Positions 8,484 through 21,372 of a DNA stretch of 33,764 nucleotides are shown here, one piece after another. The stretch comes from an uncultured Pirellulales bacterium (GTDB taxonomy: Bacteria; Planctomycetota; Phycisphaerae; Sedimentisphaerales; Anaerobacaceae). Location: the NCBI GenBank assembly GCA_964537355.1, contig CAZIAN010000001.1, positions 9,874 to 43,637 on the forward strand, given 5' to 3'. The position numbers were made by a program, and so were the translations under genes. The number at the start of each line of letters is the position of its first letter. Within the stretch, counting starts at the first letter, position 1. The notes beneath the pieces are model-generated. The model saw only the letters and a list, made by a program, of their open reading frames with translations. It was not told the DNA's origin and searched no databases.

Positions 8484-9824
8484 ATGACAGCGTCAGAGAA
8501 AGACAAAGGCATATCAAAGAAAAATGCGGCCTCAGCCGCCGGTGCAGTGGCCCTGGCCAGCTCGATAGCGCATGTGGCTCATGCACAAGGGTCGGGAAAA
8601 ATTAAAATCGGATTGCTTGGGTGCGGCGGGCGCGGCAACGGTGCCCTGCGTCAATGCCTGCAGGCAGACCCAGGTGTGGAGCTTATCGCCCTGGCAGACC
8701 TGTTTGAAAGCCAGGTCAGGAAAACCCGGGACAGAATTATGAAGGATAACAAGTTCCAGGGTCGGATAAAGGTCGATGATGATCACCTGTTCTGGGGCTT
8801 TGACTGCCATGAGAAGCTGGCCCGCTGCGAGGCAGACCTTCTGCTTATGGCTACAGCGCCGGCGTTTCGTGGAAGACAAATGATGGCTGCTGTCAATGCA
8901 GGCAAGCATATCTTTACCGAAAAGCCTGTCGCTACGGATGTAGCCGGCTGCCGTGAGGTTATGAGGGCCTCTAAAATCGCCGAACAGAAGGGCCTTGCAA
9001 TCGTTTGCGGTACACAGAGAAGGCACGAATTCAGCCGGAAGGAACTTATGAGGCGAATTCATGACGGCCAGATTGGTGAGCTGGTCGGCGGCCAGTGCTA
9101 CTGGTATGGCGGAGGCATCTGGTACAGGGGTTATCAGGAAGGTATGAGTGAACTGGAGTGGCAATGCCATAACTGGTACCACTTCCACTGGCTTTCAGGC
9201 GACCAAATTTGCGAGCAGCATATCCATAATATAGATGTAATGAACTGGTGCTTCAACGGTCCTCCGAAGAAATTCATGGCTGTTGGCGGCCGTGCCTGGC
9301 GCAGCTATAACGATGACCAGATAGGTCCTGCTAAAGAGGTGTGCAGCAAGTACAACAATGGCAGCGAGGCGAACTGGGAGAAATACAATGGAGATATCTG
9401 GGACCATATATTCGCCGAGTTCGAGTATGAAAACGGCGCACGCTGCCTGAGCTTCAGCGGCCATAGCCCCGGGACAGGACGCGGTGATGAGAAAATCGTG
9501 GGCACCAAAGGTACCAGCAACTGCAATAACCGCATAACGGGCGAAAACTCGTGGAGTTTTGAGGGTGAAAGCGTCAATGGAATGGATCAAGAGCACAAAG
9601 ACCTTATCCAGAGCATCCGCAGCGGAAATCTGCTCAACGAAGGCCAGCGAATTGCTGAAAGCACCCTTACAGCTATCGGCGCTAGAACTGCCGCTTATAC
9701 CGGGCAAGATATCACCTGGGACTGGCTGATGAACGAAAGCAAGATGAATCTTGTTCCGAGGCAACCCGAGCCGGGTCGAGGAGTGTTTTACCCCATACCT
9801 ACCGGTTGTGATGAGCCTGTGTAG
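8484..9824 (+). CDS. Gfo/Idh/MocA-family oxidoreductase, paralogue of the 7112..8401 gene, with a KK rather than RR signal-like N-terminus
   Basis: AAAGGAG upstream of the ATG at 8484. Shares IGLLGCGGRG, EKPVA, GTQRRH, WLSGDQICEQHIHNIDVMNW and NEGQRIAESTL with its neighbour. Roughly 45-50% identity by eye. Confidence 0.85.
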   Translation: MTASEKDKGISKKNAASAAGAVALASSIAHVAHAQGSGKIKIGLLGCGGRGNGALRQCLQADPGVELIALADLFESQVRKTRDRIMKDNKFQGRIKVDDDHLFWGFDCHEKLARCEADLLLMATAPAFRGRQMMAAVNAGKHIFTEKPVATDVAGCREVMRASKIAEQKGLAIVCGTQRRHEFSRKELMRRIHDGQIGELVGGQCYWYGGGIWYRGYQEGMSELEWQCHNWYHFHWLSGDQICEQHIHNIDVMNWCFNGPPKKFMAVGGRAWRSYNDDQIGPAKEVCSKYNNGSEANWEKYNGDIWDHIFAEFEYENGARCLSFSGHSPGTGRGDEKIVGTKGTSNCNNRITGENSWSFEGESVNGMDQEHKDLIQSIRSGNLLNEGQRIAESTLTAIGARTAAYTGQDITWDWLMNESKMNLVPRQPEPGRGVFYPIPTGCDEPV

Positions 9825-10017
9825 GGGCCGACTTGCTTGTTTTTCATCTGTGAGAGATTGACGGATTTATCGTTAGAGATTTTCTGTTTACCTGTAAGGT
9901 CTGCGCTCATTCTCAAATAAGGTTCTCAAATTGAGAATATCTCCGGATTGGCGATTGAGTACCTATATTGATTATAATTATGTTTTGAAGCTGTTTAATC
10001 TTTTTAGGATTGAATCA

Positions 10018-10893
10018 ATGAAATCACAAGTCGATCGGCGTAATTTTCTTCAAAAAAGTAGTCTGGTCCTCGCCGGTACGTCACTGGCGACTATGTTGGA
10101 GGGGTTGTCGTTTGCTGATGCAGAATCCTCCAAAGGCCGCTATAGGAAAGCGCTCGGCTTTACGATGATAAAAGAGGATTTGCCGGTAGAAGATAAACTG
10201 AAATTGGTCAAGGATGTCGGATTCGAGGGCGTCGAAATCCCTACGCAGCTTACAAACAAGGAAATACCGGAGCCGAAGGTTATCGCACGAGCAAGCGAGA
10301 AAGCGGGAATTCCCGTGCACGGTGTAGTCAACTCAAGCCATCCCGACCTAAAAGGAGCCATCGACGAAGCTGTGATATACGGTGCGACCTCGGTGCTTCA
10401 TGTGGTACGCCCGAAACCTGATGGTTCGTTCATGGAGAATTACCGAAGATCACAAGAGGCAATTCGTAAGGTAATTCCATACGCCGAGAAGAAACGAATC
10501 CACCTTTTAATCGAGAATGTCTGGAGCACTTTTCTCATTGAACCACTGACTATGGCACGGTATATCGACGAGTTGGACAGCCCATACGTCAAGGCGTATT
10601 TCGATGTGGGTAATGTGGTCCGCTGGGGCTGGCCTCAACACTGGATCGAAGTGCTCGGTAAGCGAATCGTCAAGATACATATTAAGGAATACAAGTTAAA
10701 GGTTGCGATGAGTGAAGGTATGGGCAAGGGCTTTGATTTCCCGATTGGGCAAGGAAGTATCGACTGGAAGAGGGTAAGGGATGAATTAACGAAAATCGGC
10801 TATCGGGGCTGGGCGACCGCCGAAGTGAGCGGCGGTAATCGCGAGCGATTAGCCGAGATATCTGAACAAATGGATTCGGTGCTTGACCTTTGA
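10018..10893 (+). CDS. Tat-exported sugar phosphate isomerase/epimerase (xylose-isomerase-like TIM barrel) family protein
   Basis: The internal ATG at 10018 gives the Tat signal MKSQVDRRNFLQKSSLVLAGTSLA. TIM-barrel family features: FEGVEI, IHLLIEN, and AYFDVGN followed by KIHIKE. Confidence 0.75.
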   Translation: MKSQVDRRNFLQKSSLVLAGTSLATMLEGLSFADAESSKGRYRKALGFTMIKEDLPVEDKLKLVKDVGFEGVEIPTQLTNKEIPEPKVIARASEKAGIPVHGVVNSSHPDLKGAIDEAVIYGATSVLHVVRPKPDGSFMENYRRSQEAIRKVIPYAEKKRIHLLIENVWSTFLIEPLTMARYIDELDSPYVKAYFDVGNVVRWGWPQHWIEVLGKRIVKIHIKEYKLKVAMSEGMGKGFDFPIGQGSIDWKRVRDELTKIGYRGWATAEVSGGNRERLAEISEQMDSVLDL

Positions 10894-11501
10894 GTCAAGG
10901 CATTAAATAAGCTATTATTTCGTACAAAGCTGCCGATGCCTGCAGTATATACATACCGCAACATTGCACTTTTTTCCTCAAAATAGATACATGTCAAATA
11001 TTTTTGTTACCATCCTTCAAGTTGCTGCCTCTTATAGGTAGAAGAAAATTTTATGGCAAGGTTATTTGAGTTTACGGAGTATTGAAGAAAGGGGGCATCT
11101 GAAATGAAGGTTTTACGATGTATAAATAAGTGGCTGCATAAAATTTGGGAGCCGAACGTGAGTATGTCGACTGGGATTGATTCACACAAATGGGGCAGCA
11201 AAATGGAGATTCTGGGATGTCTGTCGAGCAGGTCTCATCAAATCATCGGGTCCAAAGGTGTCGATTCCTAATGTTCCGGATAAACATTGTCTCTATCCGG
11301 CTTCGTTGAGTGATGGTGAGAAAGAAAGGATTAATTATTTTACAGAATTCCACAAATATATAATTAAAAGTCCTTCCCGCTCTGGGAAAATCAAACACCG
11401 ACGACTCGACCAGACTAATATTCCTGCCGTTTTATCCAGCCTATTATATTGTCACATCTGGCCTTACCGACAAGCCATTATCCAGGTTAAAAGATAAGGG
11501 A

Positions 11502-14783
<3,282 letters not shown>

Positions 14784-14969
14784 TTATCTTAAGGTGAACG
14801 TCTAAGCAAGATATTTTGTCATATTTTGAGTATAGAAATGGAGTGTGTATAAAGCGGTGGAAAAAACTTCAGAAATCAGCAGGATTTTTTTCCGGATTAG
14901 ATTCCAGGGATTTTCTTGTGAATATCTGCGAACATAACTGACATTGCTACCTTACCATATATAAACACA

Positions 14970-15440
14970 TTATTTGTTACTTCCGAGCTTGATCCACTTT
15001 CTGAGTCTGGATTTACACTGCTCTAATTTCCCATCTTCGGATGATGCCTGCCCGTATTTGAAGTTATATTGATCTATAGCCTTCCTGACAATCTTTTCGA
15101 AGTTTGTCCCTCCGAGTTTCCACGGCTTCATAATTAACTTGAAAACCTCTCCCTGATCAACTGAAATCTGAAGATCGGCGTCGTTGTCATATCCCGAGAG
15201 TACTATACCGATGGTATCCGGATGCTCTTTTCTGACGGTCCTCAGAAACTCGAGCCCGGTCATCTCAGGCATGCACATATCGGTTACAATTACATGTACC
15301 TCTTCTCGCTGGAGGATTTCGAATGCTTCCTCACAAGTCTTGGCGAAGAATTTATTGTATGATTCGTCCATAAGACCTCTTTCAAGGGACTGCAGGACTA
15401 TTACGTCGTCATCAATGAATAATACGGCTCTTTTTTCCAT
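14970..15440 (-). CDS. Single-domain response regulator (REC) with a short C-terminal extension
   Basis: GAGGAG 7 nt upstream of the ATG at 15440. VLFIDDD, phospho-acceptor context VIVTDMCMPEMTG, and SGY...KPW. Confidence 0.85.
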   Translation of the reverse strand: MEKRAVLFIDDDVIVLQSLERGLMDESYNKFFAKTCEEAFEILQREEVHVIVTDMCMPEMTGLEFLRTVRKEHPDTIGIVLSGYDNDADLQISVDQGEVFKLIMKPWKLGGTNFEKIVRKAIDQYNFKYGQASSEDGKLEQCKSRLRKWIKLGSNK

Positions 15441-15515
15441 TTTAATGCTCCTCATGTTCACTATTTACGTCTTTCTACAGATATAAGCGGTTATTACTCA
15501 AGTTCAAATAATTGC

Positions 15516-18458
15516 CTATACCTTTTTAACTATCTTTTTCAGATTGTTTTGTTGCCCTGCTGATTCGATCCAGTTCTGTTGAGATAAAAACGATTTTAGT
15601 TTATCATATTCTGTCCGTATGTCGGAGAAAAGTTCCTCAGCTCCTTCCAGCTCTTCTTTTCCAGCTTTAGTTTCAAGAGGATATAACATATCGGATAATT
15701 TCCTGGCAGCGACATGTCTGGCTAACCCCCTTAGCTTATGGGCATACATCTTTACATTCTTGAAATCCCTGGCTACTATTGCCTCGGCAAGAAGCTCTAT
15801 GGTCTGCGGAGTGTCTTCAAGAAAAATCTTTACAGTCTCTTTAAGTACCTCTTCATCGTCGTAAATCTTTTGTATTATCTCAAAGTCTACCGGGATTTCG
15901 CCATACTGTTCATCTAAGGATTCGGCCGGTGTAGGATCAGCGGCTGATGTTTCAGAACAAAGCTGGTTGAGTTGATCGACATCGGATTTTACGGAATCGA
16001 TGTTCATGTATATATCCTCATTTCCTACTGATAAGTATTTATTTAGAGTTTGAAGCAATTTCTTGTGCTCAATTGGTTTGCTTATATAGTCATCGCATCC
16101 GGCCGCAAAACATTTCTCATCATCACCTTTCATAGCATAAGCGGTCAGAGCAATTATCGGTGTTGTTAATCCTTCTTTTCTAAGTGCCTTTGCGGCCTCA
16201 TAGCCGTTCATCTTTGGCATCTCGATATCCATAAATATCAAATCGAATTGTTTACTCAGGGCTTTTTGTACTGCCTGGTTACCATCTTCTACAATAGTTA
16301 CCTTGAGACCAAACCGTTTCAGCAGCGATTTGATAAGTATCTGGTTAGTTCTTGCATCTTCAGCAACTAATATATGGCCGGAAAACTTAGCTTGCTTTAT
16401 TTCATCTATCCCGGCCTCTATATGACTAACCATATTCTGCCTGTCCATAAAAGGCTGTTGTGTTACGTCAACACCGGCAGGTATAGTTAGCGAGAACACC
16501 GAGCCTTTTCCAACTTCGCTGGTCAAAGTAAGCTGTCCGCCCAGAAGCTCTGCCAGCCGTTTCGAGATAGCAAGGCCCAGACCCGTACCTCCAAACTCAC
16601 GAGAGGTGCTGTTGTCAGCCTGAACAAATGTCTCGAATATTTCCTTCTGTTTTTCTTGAGGGATACCGATACCGGTATCTTCCACATCGAAACGAATGAA
16701 CGGGGCATTTTCGATTTCCTGCAGAGATACCCTTAATTCGATATGTCCTTCCCGGGTGAACTTAATGGCGTTACTCACAAGATTGATAAGGCATTGACGC
16801 ACACGAGTTATATCTGTGCGTATTTTTGCCGGCAGCCCACCTTCTTCGATGATCTTATAATCAAGTCCTTCGATTTTTGCCTTGGGCAGCATCAATGATT
16901 CAACAGAATTGAGTAACTGTCCTAACGAGCACTCAGCAATATCAATATCGACTTTATTGGCCTCGATTTTGGATAAGTCAAGTATGTCATCTATGAGCCT
17001 GAGCAGGTTATGACTCGAATCTCTGACAAGTTTAAGATGCTCTTTTTGCTCATTGGTTAGTTCTGATTCCGCTAATAAATTGGTAAAACCTATGATTGCA
17101 TTCATGGGTGTACGGATTTCATGGCTCATTGTGGCCAGGAACTGGCTCTTGGCGGCATTGGCCATCTGAGCTTGAGCCGCCATATCGTTTGCCCGTGAGG
17201 TGGTCTTAATGAGTTCTTTGTTGGCATCTTCGGCTTTTTTTCTGGCATACTCGATGTCGGTCATCATGTTAAGTGTTGCCTGCTGAGATTGCTCCAGTTC
17301 AAGCATGTTTTTGTTCAGTTGTTTTTCAATCACTGAACGTTCTCTGATTTCCTTCTTCAATTTTCCCTCGGTACGCTTGAGATTAGCAGTCTCCCTTGAA
17401 AGCTGCTCATTAAGCACATTCAGTTCGTCAGCAGATTGGGCTTTTATCGCCAGCTTTACTTTCTCGTGTTGATTTCTATAAAACCAGGTGCCTCCCAAAA
17501 GAAGCTGTACTATCAATAGTCCAAGCGCCATATTGACGTTTCTCGAATGGGTTTTTACAGGATTCGATATTCTATCGTATTCTGATGTAACGCATATTGT
17601 CCATTTTGTCTCTCCAATACTGATAGGCCTCCAGGCCATAACAGCCTTTTTATTAGAGAATTCATCGAACACGAGACAACGGGTGCCGCTGCTGCCGGCC
17701 AATATCTCAGAGAGAATCTCTGTTTCTTTTACTTCCTTACCAACAGCATTATTTTTGTGAAGTGAAGACAGACTTTGCCCAATAAAAGAGCTGTCTGGAT
17801 GGCTTATTATTATTCCTTTATTATCAACAATCCATGAGTAACCACCATTGCCTTGATTGTTTTCATAGAGACTATTGCGTATTGTGCTTAAACATATTAC
17901 CGCTCGTAGTATTCCAATAAATTGCTCGTTTTCAGACACGGGCTGACAAACAGAAATGCTTTCGATTCCCGAATTTGATACGAATATTGGGCTTATACAA
18001 GGTTTGTGGTCTTTCATTACCTTGCTGATACCGGGTTTACTTGAATAATCGGTCCCAGCCTTGTTTTCTTTCCATGGTATCCCGCATTGTATGATTCCAC
18101 TTGCATCTACCCGGTATAATGAGTTCACTGCACCTTTGAGGTTCTCGAAAATAAGTCTTTCCGGGTAATAACTGTCAACCACTGGGCCCTGTGCATCCGT
18201 CCAGCCGTTCACTAATGCATTTTTGACCTTTGGATTATTAGCCAACACGCTTAATTCATTTTGAGTATGAAGAAATATTTTTTCGATGTTAACGGCCTCT
18301 GTAGTAGCAATAGAAGATAGATGTTTCTGAACTTCAGCAATGATGGTGTTCTCAAAGTTTCTGCTGCTTTTTTGAGCCAGTATTATTACAACTGCTACGG
18401 TTAGTATGGCAACTATCACTACAATGCAAAATCTTCTGTTGACGGTTTGTATGTTCAT
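15516..18458 (-). CDS. Hybrid sensor histidine kinase (TM, Cache-like periplasmic domain, TM, coiled coil, HisKA, HATPase_c, REC, HPt)
   Basis: H-box [21 protein letters not shown] boxes [17 protein letters not shown] and [19 protein letters not shown]. Receiver [10 protein letters not shown]...[13 protein letters not shown]. HPt motif [13 protein letters not shown]. Confidence 0.9.
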   Translation of the reverse strand: MNIQTVNRRFCIVVIVAILTVAVVIILAQKSSRNFENTIIAEVQKHLSSIATTEAVNIEKIFLHTQNELSVLANNPKVKNALVNGWTDAQGPVVDSYYPERLIFENLKGAVNSLYRVDASGIIQCGIPWKENKAGTDYSSKPGISKVMKDHKPCISPIFVSNSGIESISVCQPVSENEQFIGILRAVICLSTIRNSLYENNQGNGGYSWIVDNKGIIISHPDSSFIGQSLSSLHKNNAVGKEVKETEILSEILAGSSGTRCLVFDEFSNKKAVMAWRPISIGETKWTICVTSEYDRISNPVKTHSRNVNMALGLLIVQLLLGGTWFYRNQHEKVKLAIKAQSADELNVLNEQLSRETANLKRTEGKLKKEIRERSVIEKQLNKNMLELEQSQQATLNMMTDIEYARKKAEDANKELIKTTSRANDMAAQAQMANAAKSQFLATMSHEIRTPMNAIIGFTNLLAESELTNEQKEHLKLVRDSSHNLLRLIDDILDLSKIEANKVDIDIAECSLGQLLNSVESLMLPKAKIEGLDYKIIEEGGLPAKIRTDITRVRQCLINLVSNAIKFTREGHIELRVSLQEIENAPFIRFDVEDTGIGIPQEKQKEIFETFVQADNSTSREFGGTGLGLAISKRLAELLGGQLTLTSEVGKGSVFSLTIPAGVDVTQQPFMDRQNMVSHIEAGIDEIKQAKFSGHILVAEDARTNQILIKSLLKRFGLKVTIVEDGNQAVQKALSKQFDLIFMDIEMPKMNGYEAAKALRKEGLTTPIIALTAYAMKGDDEKCFAAGCDDYISKPIEHKKLLQTLNKYLSVGNEDIYMNIDSVKSDVDQLNQLCSETSAADPTPAESLDEQYGEIPVDFEIIQKIYDDEEVLKETVKIFLEDTPQTIELLAEAIVARDFKNVKMYAHKLRGLARHVAARKLSDMLYPLETKAGKEELEGAEELFSDIRTEYDKLKSFLSQQNWIESAGQQNNLKKIVKKV

Positions 18459-18503
18459 ATTCTTGTCCGAAGAAGTCTTTCTTTAATATTCCTGTTGCAT
18501 TCC

Positions 18504-20090
18504 CTATGATATTTTAGGTTTACTTACACCGGCCTTATTCTCGATATATTCTATCTCGTCTCGATATTTCTCTTCTCTGCCTAATTCTCTCAAGAGATTA
18601 TCGATCTCTTTCTTCATTTCAATCATTTGCAATTCACGCCCTACTGCCAGCTTGTTGAATTGGCTTAATTCGTTCATCTTATGGTTCAACTTTTCTTCGG
18701 TTTTTTTGTGTTCGGTAATATCTGTGGAAATTATTGTAGCGGCAATAATCTCCTGGTCATGCTTTACGGGTCCGATACGAGTCACCTGCCATGTTCTTAT
18801 GTTGGTGCCCTCAGGAGTAACAATCGTTTCAAAGCTCTGACATTGACCTGTTTGGAAGACCTGTTCGATGGTGTTTTTAATTATATCTTGATACTCCGGA
18901 GGCATGTGGTCGCAGATGTTTGTGCCTATCGTCTCTTTGGCAGTAGTACCGTGAATCGTGCGATTGATAAACAAAATCTTACCATCTCGGTCCACATTGA
19001 GGATGTAATCAGGTGCAGTCTCAAGAACAGAAAGCATTTTTTCTTTACTTTCCTGCAGGTTGTTGTACGAATTTGCGAGCTTATTTTCTATTTCCCCAAT
19101 ATAGAAATAAAAGAAGCCCAACAATAAGAAAATAACTGTAATACAGCATAGAGTTAATATTGCTGAAAATATCTTCAAGCCGGAAACTTCTTCGGTAATA
19201 TCAGCAAGAACTGCAATATCACCGACATCTCGGCCTGCGACATCTATCAGTGGAAGAAATCGCCCAAGATAATACTGATTATTCGAAGACAGCTTAATCG
19301 CAAAGGAAAGATGTTCTTTGTCATCTAATCTTGAGAGCGTCTCAAAATATTTGCTCAATGCCGACGGCAACTTGGCAAAAGTGCTGCCGGAGATAACAAA
19401 ATTGGGAAACTGATTCCATTGTGCCCCACGCCTGAGCATTTTCATTCCTTCTTCCCATTTGGCACGATCCAGATAAGACTTATTGATGAAAAGACATAGA
19501 TCTACACCTAAGGCTTCCTTCATTTCTACAGTAATATGTTCAATTTCTTCACCCAGCTCGATGTAACCGACCAGCTTGCCGTCAATTTGCCACGGATACA
19601 CAACTCGCAATGTAAATGTGCCCAATGGTCCAAGTTCGATACCATAAGCTGTTTCACCATCACGTACTGCACTTTGTATCGTGGATCTGTCTATGTAATC
19701 TCCGTGTATTGAAGGATTGTGGACTCTCAAAAAACAAACGCTGTCCAAGTCGTGAAAGTAAAAATGTGTAATCTTATGTTGTTGGCGAATTTTATCAAAA
19801 ATAGATGTGGAATATTTGAGCAATGCTTTTCTGTCCTTTGCAAGCCAGGCTTTTCGAAGGTCATTGTCTTTTTGCAAAAGACTGATATATCCTTTTAATA
19901 AATGGGCATCCTCATCCTGTTGCATTATGAACAGTTTATTTACTTCAGCAATGCGTTTTTGGGTCTGGTTATTGATTCGTCGTGTATGAAGTATATGGGC
20001 AGTAACTATAGAAACCGCTAATAAAACTCCTAATGCTGATGCCAGCGGAATCAGAATACGCCACTTAATTTTTTTTCTGACTTTGTTCAT
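18504..20090 (-). CDS. Membrane sensor protein: TM, large periplasmic Cache-like domain, TM, PAS, C-terminal coiled coil. No kinase or other output domain.
   Basis: Two hydrophobic segments flank a ~270-aa extracytoplasmic domain. A PAS-like segment follows (VLETAPDYILNVDRDGKILFINRT...), then a heptad-rich tail. No H-box or ATPase motifs. It ends 45 nt upstream of the hybrid kinase gene. Confidence 0.75.
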   Translation of the reverse strand: MNKVRKKIKWRILIPLASALGVLLAVSIVTAHILHTRRINNQTQKRIAEVNKLFIMQQDEDAHLLKGYISLLQKDNDLRKAWLAKDRKALLKYSTSIFDKIRQQHKITHFYFHDLDSVCFLRVHNPSIHGDYIDRSTIQSAVRDGETAYGIELGPLGTFTLRVVYPWQIDGKLVGYIELGEEIEHITVEMKEALGVDLCLFINKSYLDRAKWEEGMKMLRRGAQWNQFPNFVISGSTFAKLPSALSKYFETLSRLDDKEHLSFAIKLSSNNQYYLGRFLPLIDVAGRDVGDIAVLADITEEVSGLKIFSAILTLCCITVIFLLLGFFYFYIGEIENKLANSYNNLQESKEKMLSVLETAPDYILNVDRDGKILFINRTIHGTTAKETIGTNICDHMPPEYQDIIKNTIEQVFQTGQCQSFETIVTPEGTNIRTWQVTRIGPVKHDQEIIAATIISTDITEHKKTEEKLNHKMNELSQFNKLAVGRELQMIEMKKEIDNLLRELGREEKYRDEIEYIENKAGVSKPKIS

Positions 20091-20557
20091 TATTTATCAC
20101 GTTCGAACATATCCTTCATACTCGTGGGGCAGTATGTTAGGTTACGTCTTTTTCCTATAATCTTTCTGCTGTAACACCATAAGGTGTGGTAATTATTACA
20201 CCTAATATCTCAAGCTTAGAAACAGACACTGCAATCTATTTAATGTCGGTCAAAATTACATTTGAATAAACCGTGTTTTTAACTCCTCTAAGACATTATT
20301 CGGCTAACCGGCATTCTTGTATTTTTGGCAGTCCAAAAGGATTGATAATAAAATAATGAACATGACAATCGACCGATAATATATGCCAGAAAGACTGCCA
20401 CAAAACCATAGAAAATTGAAGGAAATGACTGGTAAAGTATAGTGCAGATAAAAGAAGCTTCATCTCTGGTATCTATCAGGCCAAAGACGAGCTGATGAAA
20501 TAATCAAAAAAGCCGCCATGTCCGATAAAACATCCGGATGAGCACTTCCTCATTAGG

Positions 20558-20704
20558 CTACGACTCGGAAGATATAGCATCGTTGGAACCGGTCCGGCGA
20601 GTGTCGATTTTTTTATTAAGGCTGGCAATTTCTCTGTTGAGATAAAACATATATCCAAACAGCATTACTAGGAGAACAGAAAAGGACATACATAAGTATA
20701 ACAT
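20558..20704 (-). CDS. ccmD: CcmD-like small membrane protein (48 aa; below the ORF-track length cut-off)
   Basis: Hand translation: MLYLCMSFSVLLVMLFGYMFYLNREIASLNKKIDTRRTGSNDAISSES. GGAG lies 8 nt upstream of the ATG at 20704, which is 17 nt after the ccmC stop. A single TM followed by a charged helix, in the canonical position after ccmC. Confidence 0.65.
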   Translation of the reverse strand: MLYLCMSFSVLLVMLFGYMFYLNREIASLNKKIDTRRTGSNDAISSES

Positions 20705-20721
20705 TGAACAAACTCCATCAA

Positions 20722-21369
20722 TTATTCGGCTTCAAGCCTTGATTTTATTTTCAGAACATCGTTCCTTATCCAAATCAGTATTGCAGCTAACAGCATCGTT
20801 GAGACCATGCCAATCATAAATGCCCCTTTTTGCCACGAGTTGTCGAAGGAAAAGCTTTTCTTGTGTATATCTTCCATAAAACGTGCAGTATAAAGAACCA
20901 TTGGAACGTCGAGAAATGCAATAATCGCAAAAACAGCACAAATCCTGGCTCTACGTTGTTTTGAGCCGGGTAACGAAGACCGTAGGATAAGGTAAACAAT
21001 ATAAAGAAACCAAAGAACAGCAGAGGTAATAAGTCTCGGGCTTGGAGTCCACCAAGGACCCCATTCGGCACGTGAGAAAATCATCCCGGTTGCGTTCAGA
21101 ACCGTTGCAAAAATTGTGCCGACTTCTGCGGTGGCTGATGCTACACGATCCCATGATTCATGGCCTGTGGCCAGATAACCAATTGCAGTTACGAACAACA
21201 CGGTGAAACAGGCGAGTGAACAGATTGAACTGGGCACATGGGCGTATATGATATTGCGGACGGGCGAGTCGGGATTTGCAGCAGGACCCTCTATCCGCCC
21301 TTTTGTTAAGGCCATCCAGGTTGAGCCCAATAAAAGTGTTAAAGTAATAAACATCAAAATCTTTCGCAT
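20722..21369 (-). CDS. ccmC: Heme exporter / heme-handling protein CcmC (divergent WWD motif)
   Basis: Multi-TM 215-aa protein directly after ccmB. Conserved His context IIYAHVPSS. Trp-rich loop EWGPWWTPSPRLITS. Second His in EDIHKKS. Confidence 0.8.
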   Translation of the reverse strand: MRKILMFITLTLLLGSTWMALTKGRIEGPAANPDSPVRNIIYAHVPSSICSLACFTVLFVTAIGYLATGHESWDRVASATAEVGTIFATVLNATGMIFSRAEWGPWWTPSPRLITSAVLWFLYIVYLILRSSLPGSKQRRARICAVFAIIAFLDVPMVLYTARFMEDIHKKSFSFDNSWQKGAFMIGMVSTMLLAAILIWIRNDVLKIKSRLEAE

Positions 21370-21372
21370 TTC

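Noticed and set aside
7418-9764. Antisense ORFs of 173-218 aa (7418..7939, 8532..9188, 9195..9764) opposite the two GFO genes.
   Set aside because: The plus-strand frames carry unmistakable Gfo/Idh/MocA motifs. The antisense products are low-complexity and typical of GC-richer coding regions.
11007-11497. ORFs 11007..11201 (-) and 11177..11497 (+) in the long convergent spacer.
   Set aside because: No RBS, no signal or motif content, and mutually overlapping. Kept only as part of the spacer observation.
20476-20658. Track ORF of 60 aa on the minus strand downstream of ccmC.
   Set aside because: A different frame (20558..20704) gives a CcmD-like TM peptide with an RBS and correct placement. 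The 60-aa frame has neither.
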